Positions 37,449 to 47,518 of a stretch of 64,000 nt of DNA are shown in pieces. Below the pieces are notes generated by a model. That model was not told the origin of the DNA, made no database searches, and saw only the letters and a list, made by a program, of their open reading frames with translations. The DNA comes from an uncultured Prevotellaceae bacterium (GTDB lineage: Bacteria > Bacteroidota > Bacteroidia > Bacteroidales > Bacteroidaceae). Every line of letters starts with the position of its first letter. Position 1 is the first letter of the stretch. The translations under genes and the position numbers were made by a program. The stretch spans positions 43,953 to 107,952 of the forward strand of contig CAMNIN010000005.1 in the NCBI GenBank assembly GCA_946540735.1. Direction: 5' to 3'.

Positions 37449-38906
37449 TTACTCTTTTCCGGTTTGTTTCACATATTCATAGCAGCCCAGATCTGGCTCC
37501 TCGTCACGCCGGATGCCCAAGCGGTCGAGGGGCAATGTCTCTAGTACTACAGCCTTGCCGATAGCTGTCGACGCCGAGTCGAGCCGGAAGTCATAGCTCA
37601 AGTCATCAATGTCCACCTTACGAAAATGCTTAGATCCGCATCCCACGGTGTCCTCTGGCAATTCCCACACGACATCGTGCATCCTGACTGTATCGGAAAT
37701 GGCTGGTGTGCGCAGCATACAATGGTCGAAGGAATAATTGTAGTTGACCGTGGAGTCGGCTTCTCCCATGACGACATCATCGGCATATCCTGTCACAAGG
37801 CAGTTGATGCAGCTGAAATCATACAAAGGATATTTCCTCTCTTCCTTGAAATTGGCAAACCGCAGCGCAGCTCCCCGATTGGCATCGTAGGGATAGAACT
37901 GGGCTAAGGTGCACTGTAGCATCCTGGCCACTCCACCGTAAAACGCCACGCAATCATTGAGGGTGTTGGATATCTGGCAGTTGACCACATCCACCACTGC
38001 ATGAGTCGACAGCAATCCATAACCCTGACAGTTGTGCACCACCGAGTTGTAAAGGCTCAGTTTGAGTTTCGAGACATCAGAAGAATCACAGACGATGCCA
38101 TTGTAGGTGCTATGGATATCCGTGTAATTGATGCTGTTTTCGTAGGATGGTTCATGGAAATGGATGCCTCTCCACTGTCCGCTGACCCTGTCGTAAGGCA
38201 GGTAGTCAAACATATTGTCGATGCGGTCGCCTCTAAGCACCACGTTACGGTCGACCTCTCCGTCCACATGAAGTGAGCCATACACCTCGATTCCCGCATT
38301 CTCATGGAAATAGAGCGTGGTGCCTGCGCCAATAGTAAGCACAGCCCCCTCATTCACTGTGATACCTCCGTAAATAATCACCGGAGTCTCGGCGAGGATC
38401 GTGGAATCGCGGTCAATCACCATGTTAGAAATCCGCTGAGCGTCCCACGTCCATGCGTTGAGATTAACCTTTTGCTCTACCCCACTCTCAAGAGTGAACA
38501 CCAGATTGTCTTCCAGAAGTGTCGGTTCGACACGGTTATTGGCTGGTGAAGTCAGTTCCACAAAGACCCTGATGCTATCGCGGTCGCGCACTTCGATATT
38601 ATTCACCAGGAAACCCTCGGAAGCTCCCAGGTATGACCCGTCGACATTGACACGGAAGCCCGTCTGGTTGCCCCTCTCCAACCGGATGCTGTTGCATCGG
38701 ATCCCATCACCCGATTTGTTGTAAACCCAAAATGTCTTCGTCACCGTGGGCACTTGCGAGAACACCGTGTCCAACGATACTGTGTCCTGGGAAAACGTCA
38801 ATCGGTTAGCTGACGACGTAGTGAAACTATCGTCGTCGGAGCAAGAGAAGAGCATTGCCATCAGAAGCAATGTACTCAATATATGACAAGAATACCTAAA
38901 CATCAC
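37449..38906 (-). CDS. Lipoprotein with probable right-handed beta-helix repeats
   Basis: The 485-aa ORF has a lipobox (MLFSCS). Short Asn/Gly/Val-rich periodic segments suggest a pectate-lyase-like fold. The fold call is an inference only. Confidence 0.45.
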   Translation of the reverse strand: MMFRYSCHILSTLLLMAMLFSCSDDDSFTTSSANRLTFSQDTVSLDTVFSQVPTVTKTFWVYNKSGDGIRCNSIRLERGNQTGFRVNVDGSYLGASEGFLVNNIEVRDRDSIRVFVELTSPANNRVEPTLLEDNLVFTLESGVEQKVNLNAWTWDAQRISNMVIDRDSTILAETPVIIYGGITVNEGAVLTIGAGTTLYFHENAGIEVYGSLHVDGEVDRNVVLRGDRIDNMFDYLPYDRVSGQWRGIHFHEPSYENSINYTDIHSTYNGIVCDSSDVSKLKLSLYNSVVHNCQGYGLLSTHAVVDVVNCQISNTLNDCVAFYGGVARMLQCTLAQFYPYDANRGAALRFANFKEERKYPLYDFSCINCLVTGYADDVVMGEADSTVNYNYSFDHCMLRTPAISDTVRMHDVVWELPEDTVGCGSKHFRKVDIDDLSYDFRLDSASTAIGKAVVLETLPLDRLGIRRDEEPDLGCYEYVKQTGKE

Positions 38907-38963
38907 TCATATAACGGCTCAAACCGCCCATTTATTGTATGCGACGACTTCCATGACCTCCGA

Positions 38964-40673
38964 TCACATCACGGCATCAATCCAGCAGACCAATGCCATC
39001 AGAGATGCATTCCAGTTAATGGCGATCTCATTCGACGCATATGAAGCGGTGTGATCAAGATAAGACTCGTCGGGAGCCGATGAAGCGTATTCCAATCCAG
39101 AGCCTTTGTCTTGCTGTCCCGGATTGGGTCCGCCTACCAATAATCCAGGCATCGGGTCATCAACACCATCCGCAGACGACAATCGCTGATGAGGATTGTG
39201 GGGACTCTTCTGTCCGAAACCCGTGACATAACAATATCCCAATGGATTGCGGCCCAGCACATAGTCGAGGGAACGCAACGCATCTTTGAGGTATTTGTCA
39301 CCCTGAACAAACTGATCAGCGAAAAGGAGTGCCACAGCTGGAGAGCAGAATTTCTCAGCCAGACATCCCCATCCAAAGTCAGAAGCCTTGTCGCCAAAAG
39401 GCGACATGAAATTGGATGTCGGTGTATTTTTCAAAGCCTGGTCGGCAAAATCTTTCAGTAGCATCTTGCAACGGTCGACCATGGCGGTGTCACCGGCTGT
39501 CAACCAAGCGTAGATACCCAGTCCTGAGACCATGCCCCATACTGGCACGGCAAACTTCTCGGGCATTACCTGTAATGCGGCATCACGATAATGCTGTCCG
39601 CCAGTGGCAAGAGCGAGTTGGGTGGCAGCCCAGAACCATTCATCCTTGGCATTTCCATCACCATATTCGCCTGTATTGACAGCGGGTTGGAATTTCTGGT
39701 TCATCACCTTTTGCCGATAGAAAGCATCACGGTGCTCATTGGCCCAAGCATAGGCAGCCTCAGCAGCTTTGAGCATTTGACCATCTATGCCCGGATAGTC
39801 TTTAGACCCTTTGAACAAACGGGAGGCTTGTGCCATGACAGCGGCGAAATCCAAGGCTGCAGTGACGGATTTCTGCACGACATACCTCTGCTGATGGCAT
39901 TCTGACGGCATCACAAAGCCCTCGAAATCGGGAGTTGTCAGTTTATGATACACTCCTCCGTCGTATGGGTCCTGCATGGTGAGCATCCACTTGAGGTTAT
40001 ACATAATCTCATCGAGCAGGTCGGGAGTCATGTTGTCACGCTCAGGAATATCAAGCTTTAGCGAAGAGAAATACGCAGGGATCTGCTCATAGACCGCCAG
40101 CATCAGTCCGATGGTGAAGGCAGAATTGACAATATACTTATTATAATCGCCCGCATCATACCATCCGTAAGGAGAAGCGATCACCATCCCAGCTGGCCGC
40201 AAAGGTGAAGCAGCAGACGGATGAATCTTCACCTGGATATCAGGATGTCCCAGGGGACGCGCGAATTTTCCCGCCAACGAAGGGTCGATTTCCATACCGG
40301 AACGCATCATATAGAATGCTTGAATGGAGGCTTTAGCCAGATCTTTCATGGGATGGTCGCTGACCGTCACCCGTGCCTGCTGACCGTCCACGTTGACCAT
40401 ATACTCACCAGGAGCAGATATCTTGGAGAAATCGACGACATAACGTGTTTTTCCAGTAAACGGTGACACTGCGGTGCGAGAAGGACGGAGTTTAGCTACT
40501 TTTTTCCCATCCCCATCCGTCAAAACGATGGATTTTGGCTTGACTTGATCGATGATCAACACTTTCTCCTGTTGGGTGAAATAACCGACTTGATTGTAAC
40601 GGATGGTGTTCTGGTCATCGGCCATCACGCCACTTGCACTAAGCAACAAAGCGAACAAGACTGTTTTTCTCAT
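38964..40673 (-). CDS. GH9 endoglucanase-family glycoside hydrolase with an N-terminal Ig-like domain
   Basis: The 569-aa ORF has a signal peptide. GH9 hallmarks are present (GWYDAGDYNKY, YVTGFG, HHR-like region NPHQRLS). Confidence 0.8.
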   Translation of the reverse strand: MRKTVLFALLLSASGVMADDQNTIRYNQVGYFTQQEKVLIIDQVKPKSIVLTDGDGKKVAKLRPSRTAVSPFTGKTRYVVDFSKISAPGEYMVNVDGQQARVTVSDHPMKDLAKASIQAFYMMRSGMEIDPSLAGKFARPLGHPDIQVKIHPSAASPLRPAGMVIASPYGWYDAGDYNKYIVNSAFTIGLMLAVYEQIPAYFSSLKLDIPERDNMTPDLLDEIMYNLKWMLTMQDPYDGGVYHKLTTPDFEGFVMPSECHQQRYVVQKSVTAALDFAAVMAQASRLFKGSKDYPGIDGQMLKAAEAAYAWANEHRDAFYRQKVMNQKFQPAVNTGEYGDGNAKDEWFWAATQLALATGGQHYRDAALQVMPEKFAVPVWGMVSGLGIYAWLTAGDTAMVDRCKMLLKDFADQALKNTPTSNFMSPFGDKASDFGWGCLAEKFCSPAVALLFADQFVQGDKYLKDALRSLDYVLGRNPLGYCYVTGFGQKSPHNPHQRLSSADGVDDPMPGLLVGGPNPGQQDKGSGLEYASSAPDESYLDHTASYASNEIAINWNASLMALVCWIDAVM

Positions 40674-40688
40674 ATTTTTCAGGTATTA

Positions 40689-42011
40689 TTATTGAAGTTT
40701 TTTAATCAGAAAATCGGAAACGATGGTAGTGGCACGGTAGATATTCTGGCCAAAACCATGGTCGAAGGCATCCAGCAATACCCATTCACTACCAGGCCAG
40801 ATCTGATGAAAACGCTCACCATAAGTATAAGGCACCACACGGTCGGCTGTGCCATGGACGATGAGAGCTGGTCCCTGATAATGAGCTGCCGTCTCGTAGA
40901 TAGGCAAAGAGAAAGCGGCCTTGATATATTCCCGTCCTAATTTCAGGTTGCCATGAAGCGGTACGAACTCGGGAGGATCAAGCGGGTCGTAAGTGGCACC
41001 CATCGTACTTCCTCTGATTGCATCATCGCGGAGCACAGCGGCTGGTGCCATCAACACGACAGCACGAAAAGCATCCTTATCCAACTTGCCTGCTGTCATG
41101 GCAGCTACCACCCCTCCTTGTGAATGACCTACGATAGCCACATCGCTGACATACCGAAGGTCACGCACATACTCATAAACCTTCATGGCATCCTCTATCT
41201 CATTGGGGACGGTCATATCGACGAAATCACCCTCGCTCTCGCCGTGTCCGTTGAAATCAAAACGGATGCTTGCTATTCCATGACGCATCAGAGAATCGGC
41301 GATTAGCTCAAACATCGGTCCGTCCTTCCTGCCCGAGAAACCGTGGCACAGCATCACCATGGGGCATCGCTGTCCGGCAGCAAGCACCGGTTTCTGAATA
41401 ATGGCAGCCAGAGTGCCCTTGCCACCGTCGATAGTGACACGTTCAGAAGTGCCCTTGAGGTCGACAGGACACTCTTTGGCCATGAGCTCAGTGAGCGTCC
41501 GCTCCAACTTGTCCGACAGAACAGTGCTCAGCACCACTTTTCCCTCCTTGTCGAGAATCAACATCGAAGGGATCCACTTCACGCCAAAAGCCTTTGCCAC
41601 CTCAGAGTCGCGCATCGTCTTGAGTTCGCTGACCTGTGGATAGGTCAACTGATACTGGTCGACCGCCTTTTTCCATGGGTCATGTTCCTTATCAAAAGAG
41701 ATACCGACAAACTGCACCCCCATTGGCGCGAATTTCTCATACATCCGCTTGATGTTGGGAATATCCTTTCGGCAGTCGGGGCACCAAGAAGCCCAGAAGT
41801 CAAGCACGGCATACTTTCCCTTGACCAACTTGCTCAACTTCTGGCTTTTGCCATTGATGTCCTTGATCTTGAAATCGGGTGCCACGGTTCCCTTCTTCAA
41901 TAGGTCCGTAGCGTATTTTGCATCAGCATCCTGCTGCGCAAACTGAGCGAAAGCCGTCGACAAGGAGAGCGACAGCATAGCCATCAACAATCTTACACGC
42001 ATGATTATCAA
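40689..42011 (-). CDS. Secreted fusion of a TlpA/redoxin-like thioredoxin domain and an alpha/beta-hydrolase domain
   Basis: The 440-aa ORF has a signal peptide. The thioredoxin part has WASWCPDC (CxxC). The C-terminal half has the GHSQGG nucleophile elbow and a late His (AFDHGF). Confidence 0.7.
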   Translation of the reverse strand: MIIMRVRLLMAMLSLSLSTAFAQFAQQDADAKYATDLLKKGTVAPDFKIKDINGKSQKLSKLVKGKYAVLDFWASWCPDCRKDIPNIKRMYEKFAPMGVQFVGISFDKEHDPWKKAVDQYQLTYPQVSELKTMRDSEVAKAFGVKWIPSMLILDKEGKVVLSTVLSDKLERTLTELMAKECPVDLKGTSERVTIDGGKGTLAAIIQKPVLAAGQRCPMVMLCHGFSGRKDGPMFELIADSLMRHGIASIRFDFNGHGESEGDFVDMTVPNEIEDAMKVYEYVRDLRYVSDVAIVGHSQGGVVAAMTAGKLDKDAFRAVVLMAPAAVLRDDAIRGSTMGATYDPLDPPEFVPLHGNLKLGREYIKAAFSLPIYETAAHYQGPALIVHGTADRVVPYTYGERFHQIWPGSEWVLLDAFDHGFGQNIYRATTIVSDFLIKKLQ

Positions 42012-42056
42012 ATATCAATGAAGGGCGCGGAAACCCGCGCCCAATCCTCATAAACG

Positions 42057-42602
42057 TTATTGAACTTTTTTGGCATATTGTTTGAACAGATAATACTCCG
42101 AATTGGCAAATTGCACTTTATACCAATCGGTTGTCTCACCTGTACAGATCAGCTTGTCACCCTTCTTCGGCCCCCGGATGGTTCCATCCTGCCATTTCAG
42201 GTAATCATATTTGAGACCGGGACCTTTACGCAGTCTGACACCCGTGCCGGTGACCAGCACCTTGCTACGGACCGGAGCCGGAGCGGCAGTCGTACCAGAA
42301 AGTTTGGCATACTGCTTGAAGACATAAGCCACATCATTGCCATATTTCACCTCATACCAATCGCCAGTTTGCCCCAAAAGCTGGAGTTTTGTACCCTTTT
42401 TGGGGCTCATCGTCGTGCCATTGGCATTCTTGTAGTAACCATAGTTGAGGCCAGGGCCAAATCTCATTCTAACACCCGTACCTGTAATAGTGACAAACTG
42501 TTCTGACTGGTTGATTTCCTCTACAACGAAGGAGTTATCGGCCTGTGCTGTAACAAAAGGCATGCTGAGCAAAATCATCATGCATACCCATAATTTTTTC
42601 AT
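42057..42602 (-). CDS. Secreted protein with two tandem bacterial SH3-like domains
   Basis: I use the internal start MKKLWVCMMILLSMPFVTAQA. Two repeats of about 65 aa are present (TGTGVRMRFGPGLNYGY...DWYEVKY...FKQYAKL and TGTGVRLRKGPGLKYDY...DWYKVQF...FKQYAKK). Confidence 0.65.
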   Translation of the reverse strand: MKKLWVCMMILLSMPFVTAQADNSFVVEEINQSEQFVTITGTGVRMRFGPGLNYGYYKNANGTTMSPKKGTKLQLLGQTGDWYEVKYGNDVAYVFKQYAKLSGTTAAPAPVRSKVLVTGTGVRLRKGPGLKYDYLKWQDGTIRGPKKGDKLICTGETTDWYKVQFANSEYYLFKQYAKKVQ

Positions 42603-42865
42603 GCTGTTTACACTCATAATGATATCGTTTAAGTTAGTAATCATCCTTTTGGCAGGCCCGAAGTATGCCATTGGAAACAAGGACTCCCCTTGCAGAGAGT
42701 AAAGATACAAAGAAATTGGGAAACGACCATAAAAAAAGGCCATTCGCCTGCTGGTTTTAACTTTTTTTATTCAAGAAACGTCTTGGTGTAACTCTCAGCA
42801 CCCCCTAGCATGAGTGGCTACCGCGCTGGGTAACTATTCAGCACTCCACTTTCCCTTCTTATGAC

Positions 42866-43033
42866 CATCGGGATTTGTCGTTGTTCATCGGGATTTGTAA
42901 TCCCGATGCTGTGAGTATCAGGATTTTTAATCCGCTAAAAGCGCATTGCAAATGCTTTCACTCAATGCGGCCGGATTGCAAATCCGCCCGAACAAATGCA
43001 AATCCACCCGAACAAATGCAAATCCACCCGAAT
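42866..43033. repeat. Intergenic array of short palindromes plus a 20-nt tandem repeat
   Basis: catcgggatttgt is repeated directly at 42866 and 42886. Four palindromes are present: 42886-42908 (catcgggatt-tgt-aatcccgatg), 42921-42933 (ggatt-ttt-aatcc), 42943-42955 (gcatt-gca-aatgc) and 42972-42986 (cggatt-gca-aatccg). The unit gcaaatccRcccgaacaaat occurs about 2.8 times at 42978-43033. Confidence 0.9.
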
Positions 43034-43078
43034 GGCTATGCTTACTTAGGTGCTGAGTAATTACGTCTTGGCAAGGTA

Positions 43079-44224
43079 TCACAACGGTTTACAGAAACAG
43101 CGGTGTCGCCGATGCTGTTCTGACTCCAGATATTGCCACTGTCCGCGCACAGCAGTATTGCTTTCCATCTGGGGCATCGCTTCAGCCCACTTGAAGCCGT
43201 AGTCACGGAACCGCTGTATCAGATCATTGAATATCAGAGAATTGGCCCCTTTCGAACGGTATTCCGGCAGAACCCCAATAAGTAGGAGGTCGACCGTATC
43301 GGTCATATGGTATTTCAGGATTTTAATCAGGTGCCACCATCCAAAAGGGAATATCCTTCCATCGTGCGTCTTTCTCAATGCCTTTGAAAAAGAAGGGAAA
43401 GAGATGCCAAAACCGATCATCCGGTCATTGTGGTTTCCATCAAGAATGGCTGTCACCAGATTAAGATCAGCTTTCTTGATATAATCCTCGACCAACTTGT
43501 CCACTTGTCTTTCATCAAGATGTGAGAAACCATAGAGCGAGTCATAAGTCTTGTTGAGGATATCAAACACCTCATGGCCTTTGCCTTGGTTGAGCAGTTC
43601 GTCCCTTGTGAACTTATGCACCTTCAGGTTGTAGCGTTTCTCCACCATTTCGGCCAGCCTGGCGAATTTCTCCGGCGTTTTTTCCGGAACTCTCACACGA
43701 TACTCCAAGTAATCATTATCCTTCTGGAACCCGCCGAAATGCTGGACATGCTCCGGATAGTAAGAGTAGTTGTAATTGATATACATGGTAGAGAGTCTGT
43801 CGAATCCCTCTATCAGCATTCCCTCCCGATCCATGTCAGTGAATCCCAAGGGACCGCAAATCTCGGTCATGCCCCTGTCACGACCCCATTTCTCGACAGT
43901 CTTGATCAGTGCAGAGGACACCTCATGGTCGTCGACGAAATCAAACCAGCCGAACCTCACCTGTTTCCTGTTCCATCGCTTGTTGGCCGTATGGTTGATA
44001 ATGGCAGCTACCCTTCCCACAATACGTCCTTCACAATAAGCCAGGAAATAATCTGCCTCACAATGGTCGAAAGCGGGATTTTTGTCGCTTCTCAGAGTAG
44101 ACAACTCGTCGGGATAGAGAAACGGCACGGCATAAGGGCAGTCGCGGTACAAATCATAATAGAATTGCACGAACTGCCTCAATGCCTTGTCGTTTTGGAC
44201 TTTTCTTATATCAATGTTTTTCAT
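43079..44224 (-). CDS. GNAT-like acyltransferase-fold protein (conserved Bacteroidetes hypothetical)
   Basis: The 381-aa ORF has two acyl-CoA N-acyltransferase-like halves (GRIVGRVAAIIN..., MIGFGISFPS...). The assignment rests on pattern recognition only. Confidence 0.45.
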   Translation of the reverse strand: MKNIDIRKVQNDKALRQFVQFYYDLYRDCPYAVPFLYPDELSTLRSDKNPAFDHCEADYFLAYCEGRIVGRVAAIINHTANKRWNRKQVRFGWFDFVDDHEVSSALIKTVEKWGRDRGMTEICGPLGFTDMDREGMLIEGFDRLSTMYINYNYSYYPEHVQHFGGFQKDNDYLEYRVRVPEKTPEKFARLAEMVEKRYNLKVHKFTRDELLNQGKGHEVFDILNKTYDSLYGFSHLDERQVDKLVEDYIKKADLNLVTAILDGNHNDRMIGFGISFPSFSKALRKTHDGRIFPFGWWHLIKILKYHMTDTVDLLLIGVLPEYRSKGANSLIFNDLIQRFRDYGFKWAEAMPQMESNTAVRGQWQYLESEQHRRHRCFCKPL

Positions 44225-44249
44225 TTTCGATTGAGGTGGTAAGCAAAGG

Positions 44250-45632
44250 TCATTGCATGTCGTAGACCACCTGCATGAGTGTCTTGCCCAATTGATCGGC
44301 TTCCTCCATGGTGGCCGCCTCGCTATAAACCCTGATAATCGGTTCCGTGTTGGATTTTCTTAGATGGACCCATTTGTCAGGAAAATCGATTTTCACCCCA
44401 TCAATATCATTGACTTGCTGGTCGGCAAACATTTTCTTCACTTTCTCAAGGATAGCATCGACATCTGTCGAAGGAGTAAGGTCGATGCGGTTCTTGGCAA
44501 TGGAATACTCCGGCAAAGCAGCTCTCAGTTCACTGACCTTGCACTCCTTGTTAGCCAAAGAAGTGAGGAAGAGGGCTATGCCGACAAGCGCGTCGCGTCC
44601 ATAATGGCACTCGGGATAGATGACTCCACCATTGCCTTCACCACCAATGACAGCACCCACTTCTTTCATCTTGGTCGTCACGTTGACCTCACCGACAGCC
44701 GCAGCAGCGTATTCCCCATGATGCTTCTCTGTGATGTCACGAAGAGCTCTTGTGGAAGAAAGGTTAGACACAGTATTACCAGGTGTCTTCGACAAGACAA
44801 AATCTGCCACGGAAACCAAGGTATACTCCTCGCCGAACATTTTTCCATCCTCGCAAATGAAGGCCAACCGGTCGACATCTGGATCTACCACGATGCCGAG
44901 GTCATATTTTCCACTTCTCATCTCCTCCATGATACCACTGAGATTCTTCTCCAGAGGTTCGGGATTATGAGCAAAATCGCCAGTCGGGTCACCATTCAGA
45001 ATGGTGTATTCAACGCCTAATTTCTCTAATAATTTTGGCAGGATCACCCCACCGACACTATTAATGGCATCTACACAGACCCTGAAGCCAGCTTTCGCCA
45101 CTTTCGCAGCATCAACCAAAGGCAATGCCAGGACTGCCTCCACGTGTCGCATGTCGAAAGAATCATCCTGAGTGTAATGGCCCAGGGTGTCAACTGAAGC
45201 ATACTCGAAATCCTCCTTCTCTGCGATGGCAAGCACTTCGTTGCCCTCTGCCTTATTCAGGAACTCACCATGGTGGTTGAGCAACTTGAGTGCGTTCCAA
45301 TGACGTGGGTTATGGCTGGCGGTGATGATAATGCCACCATCAGACTCGGTCATTGTTACGGCCAGTTCGGTGGTCGGTGTGGTAGCCAGGCCAATGTCGA
45401 TGACATCATAACCCATTCCGATGAGGGTGCCACACACCACACTTCTGACCATCTCGCCCGAGATTCTGGCATCCCGTCCGACGACTATTCTGTTGTGCTC
45501 TGACTGCTTGGCCCTTCGAATGAAGGTGGCGTAAGCAGACGTGAATTTGACGATATCAAGAGGGTTGAGGGTATCACCTGCAGGTCCGCCAATGGTACCT
45601 CTGATACCCGATATGGATTTAATCAGTGTCAT
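44250..45632 (-). CDS. glmM: Phosphoglucosamine mutase (alpha-D-phosphohexomutase family)
   Basis: The 460-aa ORF starts MTLIKSISGIRGTIGG. The active-site loop is TASHNP. The metal loop is VDPDVDR. Confidence 0.85.
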   Translation of the reverse strand: MTLIKSISGIRGTIGGPAGDTLNPLDIVKFTSAYATFIRRAKQSEHNRIVVGRDARISGEMVRSVVCGTLIGMGYDVIDIGLATTPTTELAVTMTESDGGIIITASHNPRHWNALKLLNHHGEFLNKAEGNEVLAIAEKEDFEYASVDTLGHYTQDDSFDMRHVEAVLALPLVDAAKVAKAGFRVCVDAINSVGGVILPKLLEKLGVEYTILNGDPTGDFAHNPEPLEKNLSGIMEEMRSGKYDLGIVVDPDVDRLAFICEDGKMFGEEYTLVSVADFVLSKTPGNTVSNLSSTRALRDITEKHHGEYAAAAVGEVNVTTKMKEVGAVIGGEGNGGVIYPECHYGRDALVGIALFLTSLANKECKVSELRAALPEYSIAKNRIDLTPSTDVDAILEKVKKMFADQQVNDIDGVKIDFPDKWVHLRKSNTEPIIRVYSEAATMEEADQLGKTLMQVVYDMQ

Positions 45633-45641
45633 AATGTAAAT

Positions 45642-46271
45642 TTATATTCCTCGTTCATAAGTTAGTTCATAATAACATGGGGTGACCGTAGACAAGGCAG
45701 AAGAAGTGCCCTGACTGTGAGGTATGATGAGATTGACCTTAGCCACCTGGTCGTTCTCATTCACCAGTCTACCAATATTGATATACGTCAATGGTATAAG
45801 CCAGCCAGCTGGGACTGAAGTGCTGTTGTAAAAAGACATCATCACCCCACTCACGAAAGAAGCCCTGAAGGTGCCGAGCGTATTGGTGACGGCCATTTTG
45901 TCGGGCAGTGAAGAGAAATAGAGGACGCTGTTGGTCAGCGACAAGCTATCGGTGAGCAGGTTGTACTCATTGAACCGGCAGAGCACGTTGACCGTCTCGC
46001 CCGACTTGATCTTCTTTCCGCAGCCTTTCCGGACAATCTGCATGTAGACACCCGTATTCTCAAAAAGCACAAACTCCTTTTTGCTGACATCAGTGATGCT
46101 GTCAGCATAGAATTCCTTCTCTGAGATGACCTTAATGCCCTGTTTCTCGATAAACTGCTTGATGGCAGAGCGCTCCTTTTTCTTCTGATCCGCATAGGTT
46201 TCCGTATCGTGGCATGAAGCCACGAGCAGCATCATGCAACTCAGCAGAAACCAGCAAGATAAATTCTTCAT
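45642..46271 (-). CDS. Hypothetical lipoprotein
   Basis: I use the internal start MKNLSCWFLLSCMMLLVASC (lipobox). I cannot name a domain with confidence. Confidence 0.5.
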   Translation of the reverse strand: MKNLSCWFLLSCMMLLVASCHDTETYADQKKKERSAIKQFIEKQGIKVISEKEFYADSITDVSKKEFVLFENTGVYMQIVRKGCGKKIKSGETVNVLCRFNEYNLLTDSLSLTNSVLYFSSLPDKMAVTNTLGTFRASFVSGVMMSFYNSTSVPAGWLIPLTYINIGRLVNENDQVAKVNLIIPHSQGTSSALSTVTPCYYELTYERGI

Positions 46272-46385
46272 ATCGTAAAAAGTAATGATTAAACCTTGCA
46301 AAGGTACGACAAATCGGGAAAGAAATGCCCTTTTTGATTGTTAATGTATCGAAAAACCTCAGAAAAGCCTCTTTTTCCTTCACAC

Positions 46386-47438
46386 TCACCTGACTATACC
46401 GTCATGAGAGGCAAAATAGAGAATAGCTTTCAGCACGATCTGTTCAGCTTCTTCGACAGAACAAGTCAACTTTCCACCAGCAGCGTTTTTATGTCCTCCG
46501 CCGCTGAAGAACTTTTTCGCCAACACATGGCAATAATACTGGTCGACCGACCTAAGGCTCACCCAGATCGTATTCTCGCGTTCGGTATCCTCTCTGAGCG
46601 AGATCGAAAGCCGCATGTCCTTGATACGCAAGGGCTCATTGACCAACCCCTCGGCATCACCCTTGATGAAATGGTATCGTTTCATGTCCTCCTTGGTGAG
46701 GATATAATAGCACGCATGACTCCCCTCAATGACGGTCAGTTTCTGACTGATGACATACCCTCTCATCCTAAGGCAAGACTCGCTGTAATGATTATAGACA
46801 TTGCGGAAAATCTTGTCTTTGTCGATTTTCTTGGTCAGCAACTGTCCGATAATGAAAAAGATCTCTGGCCTTGAAGAATTGTAGGTGAAGCCGCCAGTAT
46901 CGGTCATCATACCCGTATAGATGGCTACAGCTGCGTTTTTGGACATCAGCTCGAAACCTCCCATCTGCCAGATAATCCTGAAAATCAGTTCACAGGTGCT
47001 GCTCATTTCGGGATATGACAATGTGAGCACCGCATCTACACAGGGACCATCATGATGGTCGATGAGCACCTTCGGAGCCTTCGACTGGTCGAGAGCTGGT
47101 TGCATGTCGAGAACACGGGCTGTCTCATTGAGATCGAGGCAAAAAATGAGATCGGCTTTCTCTAAAGCCTCATCCACCTCAGCGCGATGCTTGTCATACC
47201 TGACGATGCGCTCATTCCCCGGCAACCATTTGAGGAAGTCGGGGTAAGCATCGGGAGCCACCAGCATCGTTTTCTTTCCTCTGGTCCGCAGGTATTCACC
47301 CCATCCCAAAACAGAACCGATGGCATCACCATCTGGACTTTTGTGGCAACAGAGAACGATGCGCTCGGATTTCTCTATGTAATCATTAAGTGATGCCAGT
47401 TGGGCATCATTCAGGAGATCAAGATTCATGTTAGGCAA
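46386..47438 (-). CDS. nrnA: DHH/DHHA1-family oligoribonuclease/pAp phosphatase NrnA
   Basis: The 350-aa ORF has the DHH motifs (CCHKSPDGDAIGS, DLNE, IDHH). The DHHA1 block GGGHKNAAG is present. Confidence 0.85.
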   Translation of the reverse strand: MPNMNLDLLNDAQLASLNDYIEKSERIVLCCHKSPDGDAIGSVLGWGEYLRTRGKKTMLVAPDAYPDFLKWLPGNERIVRYDKHRAEVDEALEKADLIFCLDLNETARVLDMQPALDQSKAPKVLIDHHDGPCVDAVLTLSYPEMSSTCELIFRIIWQMGGFELMSKNAAVAIYTGMMTDTGGFTYNSSRPEIFFIIGQLLTKKIDKDKIFRNVYNHYSESCLRMRGYVISQKLTVIEGSHACYYILTKEDMKRYHFIKGDAEGLVNEPLRIKDMRLSISLREDTERENTIWVSLRSVDQYYCHVLAKKFFSGGGHKNAAGGKLTCSVEEAEQIVLKAILYFASHDGIVR

Positions 47439-47518
47439 AGCGATTGATCATGATGAGACCAAAGGCAAAAGTCTGAATGACCTTTGCCTTTGGCTGAAAA
47501 GAATGACCCAGAAAGGAA

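Noticed and set aside
42886-42908. tRNA-like anticodon arm (cggga-TTTGTAA-tcccg, which would read as anticodon UGU)
   Set aside because: No acceptor, D or T arms can be drawn around it, and there is no GTTCRANYC T-loop. It is one of several similar palindromes in a repeat array.
42978-43033. Possible mini-CRISPR (20-nt unit repeated about 2.8 times)
   Set aside because: The units are directly adjacent with no spacers. No cas genes are present and the repeat is too short.
43574-44242. 222-aa plus-strand ORF
   Set aside because: It is antisense to the 381-aa GNAT-like gene. It has no motifs and no promoter box.
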